64,000 nucleotides of DNA from an uncultured Bacilli bacterium (GTDB lineage Bacteria > Bacillota_I > Bacilli_A > RF39 > UBA660). How positions within the stretch are numbered: position 1 is the first letter of the stretch; the number at the start of each line of letters is the position of its first letter. The stretch spans positions 14,814 through 78,813 of the forward strand of contig CALVOU010000001.1 of NCBI GenBank assembly GCA_944350365.1, given 5' to 3'. Below, piece by piece: positions 31,096-42,814 of the stretch. Made by a program: the position numbers and the translations under genes. Under the pieces are notes generated by a model, which did not search any database, was not told the origin of the DNA, and worked only from the letters and a program-made list of their open reading frames with translations.

Positions 31096-32865
31096 CTAAT
31101 CTATACTCACCATATTTTCGCCAAACAACTTAATGGCTTCTTCTACACTACTTGCATTCTCAACGGTATTATCTATTATTGGAGAATGTTGAGATAGCTG
31201 TTCATTTAATAAGGGTACTTCTTGATACTGATAAGAAATCCCATTATTCTTTTTATCAATATATTCTTTCTTTTCTTTTTCCCAATCGGCACTCGTGAGT
31301 AGAGCAACTCGAATTTTATGCCCAAAAATAATTTCAAATAACTCCTCAATCTTTGGTAATAATCGATAACCTCGATTAACCATTGATTCATAATCAAAAG
31401 TAATAATAATAGAATCTGAACTAGCCGCTCTTACTGTACCATCAAAAATATAACAGGCAACTGCACCATAATGATTATCTAAAGCATAATCATTTAGTTT
31501 ACTCCAATTATTCTTGAGGTCAAGAAGTTCACGTTTACTAGCTCCCGCAAAACAATTATTAATAATAATCGTATTAATTTTAAGGTACTCTGTAATATCG
31601 TTACTTACTCTATCAATATTGTCCACTTTATGTTCTTGAGTAGTAAAACTATGAACAGGCTCTTGCTCAACCTTATCTAATTCAATCGCTTTCTTTTGTT
31701 TAATAGAACGATCAAGTAATTCGTTAGAATCTTTATCACTAGACATTATAGCTCTAACTTCTTTTCTTTCATCAACTATTTTTTTACCTTCATTCTTAAC
31801 GACTTCTGAAATAGAAGCAGAACGAGAACCATGATGATAGATAAAAGAAAGAATTTTCATCTCAAAAATCGTCTTCATATTACTAGATTGTTTTACTTCA
31901 TTTAATGTTTCATTCAATGATTCTGCAAAATCAAGTAAAAAGTCAATATCAAATTCTATTTCTTTTGATGAATAATAGTCGACAACTAAGTCTCTACATA
32001 AAGTAAGTAAATCTTGATTAAAGATAACTAAATCTTTACCCGCATCGTATATAGTATCAATAAATGAAATAATCTCAGAAATGTTTTGTTCGAAAATCAT
32101 AGATATAAACTTTTTCTTCTCACTTTTAGAAACGATTCCATTTAACATTTCAAAATCAGTCAAGGAAACTTTAGAATCTGAAGAATAAGAAATTGCTTTA
32201 TCTAACATTCCAATAGCATCTCTCATACCACCATCAACAAGTTCCGCAATCCGCTTTAAAACCTCATCGTCAACTTGCACATTTTCCTGATCAGCAATAT
32301 ATCGAAGTCTTGAACTAATCTCTTTCTCTGTCAATCTCTGAAATTCAAAACATTGACATCTAGAAATTACTGTAGTAGGAACTTTATGCAAATCAGTAGT
32401 AGCAAGAATGAAAATAATATGCTCAGGAGGTTCTTCTAACGTTTTTAACAACGCATTAAAAGCCCCAATCGATAACATATGCACCTCATCTATAATATAG
32501 ACTTTATACTTTAACTCCGAAGGAACCAAATTTATCTTATTTTTTATCTCACGGATCTCATCTACCCCATTATTAGAAGCAGCATCAATTTCAATGATAT
32601 CTGAACACTCATTATTAATAATGGAAAGACAATTCTTACAAGTACCACATGCTTCCCCATTTACTGGGTTTAAACAATTAACATCCTTGGCAAAAATTTT
32701 TGCCATCGTCGTCTTCCCAGTACCACGTGGACCGGAGAAAAGATAAGCATGATTAATTTTATTATACTGAATGGCATTACGGACAATTTTTACAACTGAA
32801 CTTTGTCCAACAACATCTTCTAATTTAGAAGGTCTATATTTTCTATATAATGCTTGATACGACAT
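31096..32865 (-). CDS. dnaX: DNA polymerase III subunits gamma/tau
   Basis: 589 aa. It has an AAA+ Walker A (GPRGTGKTT), a zinc module (CGTCKNC) and the SRC sensor. Confidence 0.9.
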   Translation of the reverse strand: MSYQALYRKYRPSKLEDVVGQSSVVKIVRNAIQYNKINHAYLFSGPRGTGKTTMAKIFAKDVNCLNPVNGEACGTCKNCLSIINNECSDIIEIDAASNNGVDEIREIKNKINLVPSELKYKVYIIDEVHMLSIGAFNALLKTLEEPPEHIIFILATTDLHKVPTTVISRCQCFEFQRLTEKEISSRLRYIADQENVQVDDEVLKRIAELVDGGMRDAIGMLDKAISYSSDSKVSLTDFEMLNGIVSKSEKKKFISMIFEQNISEIISFIDTIYDAGKDLVIFNQDLLTLCRDLVVDYYSSKEIEFDIDFLLDFAESLNETLNEVKQSSNMKTIFEMKILSFIYHHGSRSASISEVVKNEGKKIVDERKEVRAIMSSDKDSNELLDRSIKQKKAIELDKVEQEPVHSFTTQEHKVDNIDRVSNDITEYLKINTIIINNCFAGASKRELLDLKNNWSKLNDYALDNHYGAVACYIFDGTVRAASSDSIIITFDYESMVNRGYRLLPKIEELFEIIFGHKIRVALLTSADWEKEKKEYIDKKNNGISYQYQEVPLLNEQLSQHSPIIDNTVENASSVEEAIKLFGENMVSID

Positions 32866-32921
32866 AACTCACCTCCTATAACCACTTTAATTATACCATA
32901 AAATAAGTTAGAAAGATGTAA

Positions 32922-33368
32922 TTAAGAACGTTTTTCACGAAAAAAATCTTTTACTAAATTCGAAGTTTCTTCCTCTAGAATACCACCAATAAGTTCAACT
33001 GTATTTCCATACGACCGCGTCGAAAATATTTTTTCAACTAATTCAACATCATTTGTATTAGCAACTGTTCCATAAACGACTTTTGCTATTCTAGATTGGG
33101 CAATAGCACTAGCACACATTGGACATGGCATCATAGTTACATACAAAATACAATCAATTAACCGCCAATTTTCTAATTTTTCAGAAGCTTCCATAATACA
33201 ACCTATCTCAGCATGAAAAATTGCACAATTTTTTGAATCTTTCTGATTATGTGAAGAAGCGATCACTTGATTATTCTTAACTAAAACCGCTCCTACCGGA
33301 ACTTCACCATTTTGATAAGCTATTTTGGCTTCTTCTAAAGCTAAACCCATAAATTCTATATCATTCAT
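32922..33368 (-). CDS. tadA: tRNA-specific adenosine deaminase
   Basis: The CDA motifs HAEIGCI and PCPMCASA are present. The start is set at MNDIEFMG (33368) with a GGGAGAA RBS. The listed 175-aa ORF begins earlier at 33449, and that N-terminal extension overlaps the ffs RNA gene. Confidence 0.85.
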   Translation of the reverse strand: MNDIEFMGLALEEAKIAYQNGEVPVGAVLVKNNQVIASSHNQKDSKNCAIFHAEIGCIMEASEKLENWRLIDCILYVTMMPCPMCASAIAQSRIAKVVYGTVANTNDVELVEKIFSTRSYGNTVELIGGILEEETSNLVKDFFREKRS

Positions 33369-33384
33369 ATATATTCTCCCAAAA

Positions 33385-33465
33385 AAAAGTGCACATAAAT
33401 ATGAAATGTTAAGGCTGCTATCTTCCGATCCTGACCTGGTTCCACCCATATTTATTGCACATCAA
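33385..33465 (-). ncRNA. ffs: Signal recognition particle RNA (small 4.5S-type SRP RNA)
   Basis: The minus strand reads ...GGGUGGAACCAGGUCAGGAUCGGAAGAUAGCAGCC... This matches the universally conserved SRP RNA domain IV (ACCAGGUCAGG..GGAAG..AGCAGCC). Closing helix: GUGCAAUAAAUAUG pairs with CAUAUUUAUGUGCAC. A U-tract follows. Confidence 0.7.
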
Positions 33466-33479
33466 TATTCTAATATATT

Positions 33480-33532
33480 TTATCCACAATTTCAACAAAA
33501 ATGCAAAATTTTCTATTATTTTTTTATCCACA
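33480..33532 (+). promoter_or_regulatory. Two perfect DnaA boxes (TTATCCACA at 33480-33488 and 33524-33532) between ffs and the parS array
   Basis: Exact 9-mer consensus, same orientation. Further boxes lie at 34130-34138 (TTATCCACC, one mismatch) and 35275-35283 (perfect). Confidence 0.5.
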
Positions 33533-33543
33533 ATTAAATTTAA

Positions 33544-33559
33544 TGTTTCACGTGAAACA
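33544..33559. promoter_or_regulatory. parS site 1 (TGTTTCACGTGAAACA)
   Basis: Exact 16-bp parS consensus palindrome. Confidence 0.8.
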
Positions 33560-33662
33560 TCGAACAGAAATTTTATGCTAAAACACTACTTTTAAATGTT
33601 AAAAATAATAATATATTTGTCACTCTACATAAAATTACAACTAAAAGTTAATTAGCCGACAA

Positions 33663-33678
33663 TGTTTCACGTGAAACA
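33663..33678. promoter_or_regulatory. parS site 2, paired with NBS at 33692-33705
   Basis: Exact parS. It is followed by TGTGTATAA and then the perfect NBS ATTTCCCGGGAAAT. Confidence 0.8.
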
Positions 33679-33928
33679 TTGTGTATAAATTATTTCCCGG
33701 GAAATAATTTTTTATTCATTTCGACAAAATGGCAAGAATTAATATATATCAAAAAAAAATATCTTAGATCTTAGTATCGATTATATTCTTTAAATAACAA
33801 TACAATGGCTTTTCCCAAAAAAAAATAATAATTACCCGCTAAATAAACAATAACTATGTCTTAATGTACTCCCTTTCACAGAGAAACTTCAGAAAATTCA
33901 ATAGAGAAAGAGAGAACTAAAAAATCAA

Positions 33929-33944
33929 TGTTTCACGTGAAACA
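33929..33944. promoter_or_regulatory. parS site 3, paired with a variant NBS ATTTCCCAGGAAAT at 33958-33971
   Basis: Exact parS. The adjacent NBS has one mismatch. Confidence 0.75.
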
Positions 33945-34192
33945 TTGTGCATATTTTATTTCCCAGGAAATAATTTTTCGACTAATTTAACAAACAACAA
34001 TATAAAATCCTCATGCGTTAAATTAATTTAAAACTAAATACATGACTTTGGCACACATACAACCAAACATTTTTATAAAAAAGCATCGACAACTACTTAA
34101 TCAATCAATATCAAAGGAATTATCCACCGTATAAAATTATTAACGGGTACAATAAATAAACTTACACATATAATATAAAGTTAACAATTCAA

Positions 34193-34208
34193 TGTTCCAC
34201 GTGAAACA
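34193..34208. promoter_or_regulatory. parS site 4 (TGTTCCACGTGAAACA, the B. subtilis-type variant), with no adjacent NBS
   Basis: A 15/16 match to the palindrome. It is identical to the classic B. subtilis parS. Confidence 0.75.
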
Positions 34209-34362
34209 TTGAGGAAAAAACATTTCAAAAAAAGCAGCAAATATAGGCTAATAATATGATATTTCTTAAAAAAAATCATAATCCTATAAAACATACATCT
34301 ATAAATCGTTTAAATGACACTCTCGTTAAGAATTTTACAAATAAATAAAACTATTTGATGAA

Positions 34363-34378
34363 TGTTTCACGTGAAACA
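34363..34378. promoter_or_regulatory. parS site 5, paired with NBS at 34392-34405
   Basis: Exact parS plus a perfect NBS. This is the duplicate of the site 2 unit. Confidence 0.8.
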
Positions 34379-34609
34379 TTGTGTATAAATTATTTCCCGG
34401 GAAATAATTTTTTATTCGTTTCAACAAAATGGCAAGAATTACATCTTAGAACATAGTAACGATTATATTCCTTAAATAACATTATAATAGTTTTTCGCAA
34501 AAAAAATAATAATTACCTGCCAAATAAACAATAACTACATCTCAATGTACTCCCTTTCACAAAGAAATTTTAGAAAATTCAATAGAAAAAGAGAAAACTA
34601 ATAGATCAA

Positions 34610-34625
34610 TGTTTCACGTGAAACA
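34610..34625. promoter_or_regulatory. parS site 6, paired with NBS at 34638-34651
   Basis: Exact parS plus a perfect NBS. Confidence 0.8.
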
Positions 34626-34893
34626 TTGTGTATATTTATTTCCCGGGAAATAATTTTAAAGCATTTTATTTTTACTAATAATAACTTCCTTATCTGAGCA
34701 TAACTAAAAAACATATTACCGTTTTAAGAAAAAATATTTATTTACAACAAACACAATATAAATTTTTATTTGAAATTTCCTACAATAAAAATATTTTCTT
34801 AATATGATCTTATCTTCTATGCAAAAGCTAAATCCTACTGATAAAGCTTTCAAGATTATAATTTAATCTTCTATTAGAACTTTCACTATCTAA

Positions 34894-34909
34894 TGTTTCA
34901 CGTGAAACA
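34894..34909. promoter_or_regulatory. parS site 7, paired with NBS at 34923-34936
   Basis: Exact parS plus a perfect NBS. Confidence 0.8.
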
Positions 34910-35153
34910 TTGTGCATAAATTATTTCCCGGGAAATAATTTCCTAACTACTATAAGTACAAAAAATTTTAATAATAATTCATCACCATATCCAATATAGA
35001 CCAACTCAAATAAATTATAACGGATAATTTCAATTTAAAATAAATAAGAAAATTCTATAAATAAAATAATAGAACGAGCATTAATAATTAAAAATCCAAA
35101 ACTTCTAACAATAATAATCATAATCTATATTCTATATAAAGAATAATTAACAA

Positions 35154-35169
35154 TGTTTCACGTGAAACA
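35154..35169. promoter_or_regulatory. parS site 8, with no adjacent NBS
   Basis: Exact parS. Confidence 0.8.
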
Positions 35170-35333
35170 TTGTGTATAAAATATATATTTAAGAAATAAA
35201 TCTTTATTCATAATTTTAGATTCCTATAAAATCGATAAGTAATTACTATACTAAATACACAATGCTAATTTATTTTATCCACAAAGCGGTGGAATCAATA
35301 TGGCACAAAAAAACATAGACCTTAAAAGATCTA

Positions 35334-35349
35334 TGTTTCACGTGAAACA
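35334..35349. promoter_or_regulatory. parS site 9, lying 9 bp downstream of the gyrA stop
   Basis: Exact parS. It lies between the gyrA stop codon and the putative gyrA terminator hairpin at 35305-35332. Confidence 0.8.
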
Positions 35350-35357
35350 TGCGAATT

Positions 35358-37802
35358 CTATTCCACTGTTTCCTCTTCTGCTTCATCCGTTTCTGAAGTA
35401 CTATCAATTACAGATACAGTAGCAACACGTTGATCATCCTTCAAATGGATTAATCTCACCCCTTGCGTAGCTCGTTTAAGTGTAGAAATCTGATCCATTG
35501 GCATTCTCATGATTATACCATTATCAGTAATAATAATTAAATCATCAGCATCTGTAACAGCTTTCAATGAAACCATACTTCCATTCTTTTCTGTAATATG
35601 TAGCGCCATAACTCCCTTACTACCACGGTGAGTTAATCGATACTCATCAACTTCAGTTTTCTTACCATAACCATTAACAGTAACAACTAAAATTTTCTGA
35701 GAGTTATCCACAACTTCGCCACCAACGGTTATCGCACCATCTAATTCCATTCCTTTAACACCAGAAGCAGTTCTTCCCATTACACGAATTTCTTTTTCAC
35801 TAAATCTAACCATACGTCCGTTCGATGCGCCTATCAATACTTCATTCTCACCTGTCGTTTTACGAACAGAAATTAATTCGTCATCTTCTTTTAACGTTAT
35901 AGCCAACTTACCACTTGATCTAATATTATCAAATTCAGATAAATTCGTCCGTTTTACTAATCCATTCTTAGTAATAAATAACAAATAATTGAACGAATGT
36001 TCGCTAGCTTCTAGAGTAACAACAGAACTTATATATTCTTCTTTCTCAAGAGGAAGTAAATTAATGATAGGTAGTCCCTTACTCTGACGACTGTATTCAG
36101 GAATTTCATACCCTTTCATCCGATATACCTTACCCTTATTCGTAAAGAATAAAATATAATCATGAGTACTCATATTAAGCATTTTCTCCACAAAATCCTC
36201 TTCGTTAGTCGTCATACCTTTTATACCTACACCACCACGATTTTGTGTACGATAAGCATCAACAGGCATACGTTTAATGTACCCTTTATTCGTTAGTGTG
36301 ATCAAAGTCTGTTCTACTGGAATTAAAGACTCATCTTCGATATATTCAATAGCTGTCATATCAATTGTTGTTCTACGTTCATCACCATATTTATCTTTAA
36401 TTTCTAATAATTCATTTTTAATAACTTCCAAAATCTTTTCATCACTACTCAAAATTAACCTTAGCTCCCCTATTAACTTCAATAAATCGGCTAATTCATT
36501 TTCTATTTTCTCGCGCTCTAATCCAGTTAATCTTCTTAACTTCATCTCTAGAATCGCATTAGCTTGAACCTCAGATAAGCCAAATTTCGACATTAAACCA
36601 GATCGAGCCTCGTCATCAGAATTAGCTGCTTTGATTAATTGAATAATTTCATCAATATTATCAAGAGCTATCTTTAATCCCTCTAAAATATGAACACGTT
36701 TTTCAGCATTCTCCAAATCAAAACGAGTTCTACGAATAATTACTTCACGTTGGAAATCAATATATTTTGCGATAATATCCTTTAATCCTAATGTTTTAGG
36801 AACACCTTGATCAAGCATAAGGAAAATAATACCGTAACTAACCTGAAGACTTGTATGCTTATATAATTTATTCAAAACAACCTGAGCATTAGCATCTTTC
36901 TTCAACGTAATCGTAATCTTAATTCCATCTTTTAAATCAGAATGGTAGTCTGAAATTCCTTCAATTGTCTTGTTATGAACAAGCTCAGCAACCTTGTTTT
37001 TTAAATCCAAAGTATTAATTCCATAAGGTACTTCTTCAATAATAATATATTGTTTACCATTCTTTTCCTCAATATGAGCCTTACTACGTATAGTAATAGA
37101 CCCCCTACCTGTTTCATAAGCTTTTCTAATACCACTATTTCCTAAAATAGTAGCACCAGTAGGAAAATCAGGTCCTTTTACATACTGCATTAACTCATTT
37201 AACTCAATATCCGGGTTATCAATATAAGCCACACAACCATCAATAACTTCACCCAAATTATGAGGTGGGATGTTTGTAGCCATACCAACGGCAATACCTG
37301 TAGTACCATTTACTAAAATATTCGGGAATCTAGAAGGTAAAACAACTGGCTCCTTTGTAGATTCATCGAAGTTTGGAATAAAATCAACAGTATTTTTATT
37401 AATATTTCTAAGTAATTCCAAAGAAATCTTCGAAAGTCTAGATTCCGTATATCGCATGGCAGCTGCGCCATAACCTTCAATATTTCCAAAGTTACCATGA
37501 CCATCTATCAACATGTAGCGATAAGAAAAATCTTGAGCCATTCTTACCATTGCTTCATAAATAGAAGAATCTCCATGAGGGTGATAATTACCCATAACCT
37601 CACCGACAGTTTTCGCACTTTTTTTATGAGGCTTATCAGGAGTATAACCAGACTCATACATAGAATATAAAATTCGACGATGAACAGGTTTTAATCCATC
37701 ACGAAGATCAGGAATAGCACGAGCAGTTATAACACTCATCGAATAATCCAAAAAGGAATCTTGTACTTCTTTTACAATATTATTGTGTTCTAATCTATCC
37801 AT
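35358..37802 (-). CDS. gyrA: DNA gyrase subunit A
   Basis: 814 aa. It has an active-site Tyr region, a QRDR-like segment ([17 protein letters not shown]), C-terminal beta-pinwheel repeats and an acidic tail. Confidence 0.95.
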   Translation of the reverse strand: MDRLEHNNIVKEVQDSFLDYSMSVITARAIPDLRDGLKPVHRRILYSMYESGYTPDKPHKKSAKTVGEVMGNYHPHGDSSIYEAMVRMAQDFSYRYMLIDGHGNFGNIEGYGAAAMRYTESRLSKISLELLRNINKNTVDFIPNFDESTKEPVVLPSRFPNILVNGTTGIAVGMATNIPPHNLGEVIDGCVAYIDNPDIELNELMQYVKGPDFPTGATILGNSGIRKAYETGRGSITIRSKAHIEEKNGKQYIIIEEVPYGINTLDLKNKVAELVHNKTIEGISDYHSDLKDGIKITITLKKDANAQVVLNKLYKHTSLQVSYGIIFLMLDQGVPKTLGLKDIIAKYIDFQREVIIRRTRFDLENAEKRVHILEGLKIALDNIDEIIQLIKAANSDDEARSGLMSKFGLSEVQANAILEMKLRRLTGLEREKIENELADLLKLIGELRLILSSDEKILEVIKNELLEIKDKYGDERRTTIDMTAIEYIEDESLIPVEQTLITLTNKGYIKRMPVDAYRTQNRGGVGIKGMTTNEEDFVEKMLNMSTHDYILFFTNKGKVYRMKGYEIPEYSRQSKGLPIINLLPLEKEEYISSVVTLEASEHSFNYLLFITKNGLVKRTNLSEFDNIRSSGKLAITLKEDDELISVRKTTGENEVLIGASNGRMVRFSEKEIRVMGRTASGVKGMELDGAITVGGEVVDNSQKILVVTVNGYGKKTEVDEYRLTHRGSKGVMALHITEKNGSMVSLKAVTDADDLIIITDNGIIMRMPMDQISTLKRATQGVRLIHLKDDQRVATVSVIDSTSETDEAEEETVE

Positions 37803-37814
37803 TTAATAAACCTC

Positions 37815-40869
<3,055 letters not shown>

Positions 40870-40984
40870 AAATTACACCCTAAAATCATCGATAATCACC
40901 TTTTTTCAAAACTAGTACTCCCATACTTGCACATATATTATACCACGAGTAATCGGCTAAAACTACAAAAAAAAGGAAAAAGCC

Positions 40985-41437
40985 TTAACTTTTTTCCACT
41001 TTTCTGGAGTCTAATAGACACTGTAGACGACTCGCTCTTAAAATCTGATTTTCTAACGAAAGTTTAGAAACAGGAATAACAAGTTCTTTGCCATTTTTAA
41101 AAATAACTTTTGTTCCCTTAGAATCCCCAAGTATTCGATCAATAGAATGTAACGAAAGCCAAATACAATCATATGAACTAGGCGATGTAGTTGGAAAAAA
41201 GATAATCCCTCTTGTTTCTTCAACAATAATGGGTAACTTATAATTAAAACCTAACATCTTTTTGCTTCCTTCTGCTCGTCCTTGATAACTACTTCCAAAA
41301 TAACAACAACTATAATCCATCACTTCATAGGCATTTTCTTCTAGAATACTATCTGTTTGATACTCCATAATTTTCGTTTTATTTGGCTCTATCCCAATAA
41401 CTGCCATTGTTTCATTATTTACCTCATATTTATTCAT
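40985..41437 (-). CDS. comK: ComK-family competence transcription factor homolog (short form)
   Basis: 150 aa. It aligns with B. subtilis ComK (YEVNNETMAVIGIEP..., SCCYFGSSYQGRAEGSKK, IIFFPTTSPSSYDCIWLSLHSI). It sits between dnaN and recF where Bacillus has yaaA. Confidence 0.6.
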   Translation of the reverse strand: MNKYEVNNETMAVIGIEPNKTKIMEYQTDSILEENAYEVMDYSCCYFGSSYQGRAEGSKKMLGFNYKLPIIVEETRGIIFFPTTSPSSYDCIWLSLHSIDRILGDSKGTKVIFKNGKELVIPVSKLSLENQILRASRLQCLLDSRKVEKS

Positions 41438-41551
41438 ATAATATTCCCCCTATACTTGTCCATAAATAGACGAATGTCCCCTACTCTAACAGCTTTGATG
41501 GGCGAAAAAAGTCGAAAAAAAAGAAAATAGTTAAAAAAACTAATTTTCTTT

Positions 41552-42673
41552 TTAATAAGTACGAATTGGTAATACTAATTGTACTAATCCTTCATCTTTT
41601 TGAGATTTTAAAATAATTGGTTTAATTTCTCCTACAAAAGAAATTTCTACTTCCTCATCCTCAAATGATTTTAAAGCATCCATCATATATTTTGCCACAA
41701 AAGAAATTTTCAAATTTTCTTCATTATTTTTCTCAATAAGCATTTTCTCTTCTACTCTACCAATCTCAGCACTACTACTTTTAACCAAAAGCTTATTTCC
41801 ATCAATTTCGAATGTAACAATATTTTTTTCTTTATCACTAGTCAAAATACTAGCACGATCGATAACATTATATAATTCGTTTATCTTAGTTTTTATAGAT
41901 AATAAGAATTCATCAGGTAGTAAATTAGCTGTATTAGGATAAGTACCACTAATTAAACGAGACTGAAATAATAAATTCTGATATTGAATCAAAACTTTGT
42001 TACTAAATACATGTAATTCAATATTATCATCACTATCATCCATAATTTTAATGAATTCTAATAGATTTTTACTAGGAATTACAATATTGTAGTTTTCTTC
42101 AACTACTTCATTTAACGGGATTACTTTTCTCGCTAATCGGTAAGAATCCGTGGAATTACATTCTAGTAAATTTCCAATAATTTTAAAGTTAATACCTGTT
42201 AAAATTGGTCTAGATTCATCATTACTAGAAGCGAATGATGTTTGATTAATTATACTAGCAAATACTCTAGAAGAAATAAGAATTGGATTCTTACTCTTTT
42301 CTAAGTTTATATTAGGATATTCATTTTTACTAATACCATTTAAATTAAATTCGCTATTTTCAGTATAAATAATAATCTTTAATTCATCCAATACTTCTAT
42401 ATTAATATATTCATCAGGTAATTTTCTAACAATATCCAATATATATTTACCTTGAATAATAATACTTCCTGTAGATTCAATTAACATATCATCGTTTTTC
42501 TCTAGAAATACTTGAATAGTAATATCATTATCACTAGCTGTTAATGTTAATCCTTTGTCTTCTAACTCAAATTTTATTCCTGCTAAAACAGGAACCAAAT
42601 TCTTTGTGGATATCGCTTTAGACACTTTACTTAGTCCATCTAATAATAGTTCTTTTTTGATTTTTAATTTCAT
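41552..42673 (-). CDS. dnaN: DNA polymerase III beta sliding clamp
   Basis: 373 aa with a three-domain clamp pattern. It is immediately downstream of dnaA. Confidence 0.9.
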   Translation of the reverse strand: MKLKIKKELLLDGLSKVSKAISTKNLVPVLAGIKFELEDKGLTLTASDNDITIQVFLEKNDDMLIESTGSIIIQGKYILDIVRKLPDEYINIEVLDELKIIIYTENSEFNLNGISKNEYPNINLEKSKNPILISSRVFASIINQTSFASSNDESRPILTGINFKIIGNLLECNSTDSYRLARKVIPLNEVVEENYNIVIPSKNLLEFIKIMDDSDDNIELHVFSNKVLIQYQNLLFQSRLISGTYPNTANLLPDEFLLSIKTKINELYNVIDRASILTSDKEKNIVTFEIDGNKLLVKSSSAEIGRVEEKMLIEKNNEENLKISFVAKYMMDALKSFEDEEVEISFVGEIKPIILKSQKDEGLVQLVLPIRTY

Positions 42674-42814
42674 GTATATTCCTTCTTTCTTATATAATTA
42701 TTATTATTATTACTGTGGAAATTGTGGATAACTTGTTTTTTTCTATATTATATCATGTTTTTTTTATTTTTCCACCTGTGGATAATCATGTTGATAAAAA
42801 ATAGTTTTCAACAG
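42674..42814. promoter_or_regulatory. oriC segment in the dnaA-dnaN intergenic region (DnaA boxes plus AT-rich unwinding region)
   Basis: TGTGGATAA (the reverse complement of TTATCCACA) is perfect at 42724-42732 and 42777-42785. A variant lies at 42714-42722. Very AT-rich runs (TATATAATTATTATTATTATTAC, TTTTTTTTATTTTTCC) are present. Confidence 0.6.

Larger units (their letters stand above)
33537..35358. repeat. Gene-free array of 9 parS sites interleaved with 5 Noc-binding-site palindromes, with internal tandem duplication
   Basis: No ORF of 60 aa or more on any frame. Nine copies of the palindrome TGTTTCACGTGAAACA are present. Five are followed about 28 bp away by ATTTCCCGGGAAAT (centre to centre). 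Two segments of about 330 bp (33655-33990 and 34356-34680) are about 90% identical. Confidence 0.85.

Noticed and set aside
33369-33449. N-terminal 27-aa extension of the tadA ORF (MGGTRSGSEDSSLNISYLCALFFGRIY)
   Set aside because: It overlaps the conserved SRP RNA domain IV on the same strand. The internal ATG at 33368 has a good RBS and gives a canonical TadA N-terminus.
33681-33707. Sigma-B-type promoter (GTTTAA-N14-GGGWAW) reading of the TTTCCCGGGAAA palindrome
   Set aside because: No GTTTAA -35 element lies at the right distance in any copy. The exact match to the Noc-binding consensus explains the motif better.
33537-35358. CRISPR array
   Set aside because: The repeats are perfect 16-18 bp palindromes identical to parS and NBS protein-binding sites. 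Spacing is irregular (119-286 bp). The 'spacers' are themselves duplicated. No cas genes or leader are present.
33537-35358. Integron cassette array or array of small protein genes (SASPs, bacteriocins, type I toxins)
   Set aside because: No reading frame stays open for more than about 12 codons between the palindromes. The ATG GCA AGA mini-frame is not conserved between duplicated copies. attC-like imperfect palindromes and an intI gene are absent.
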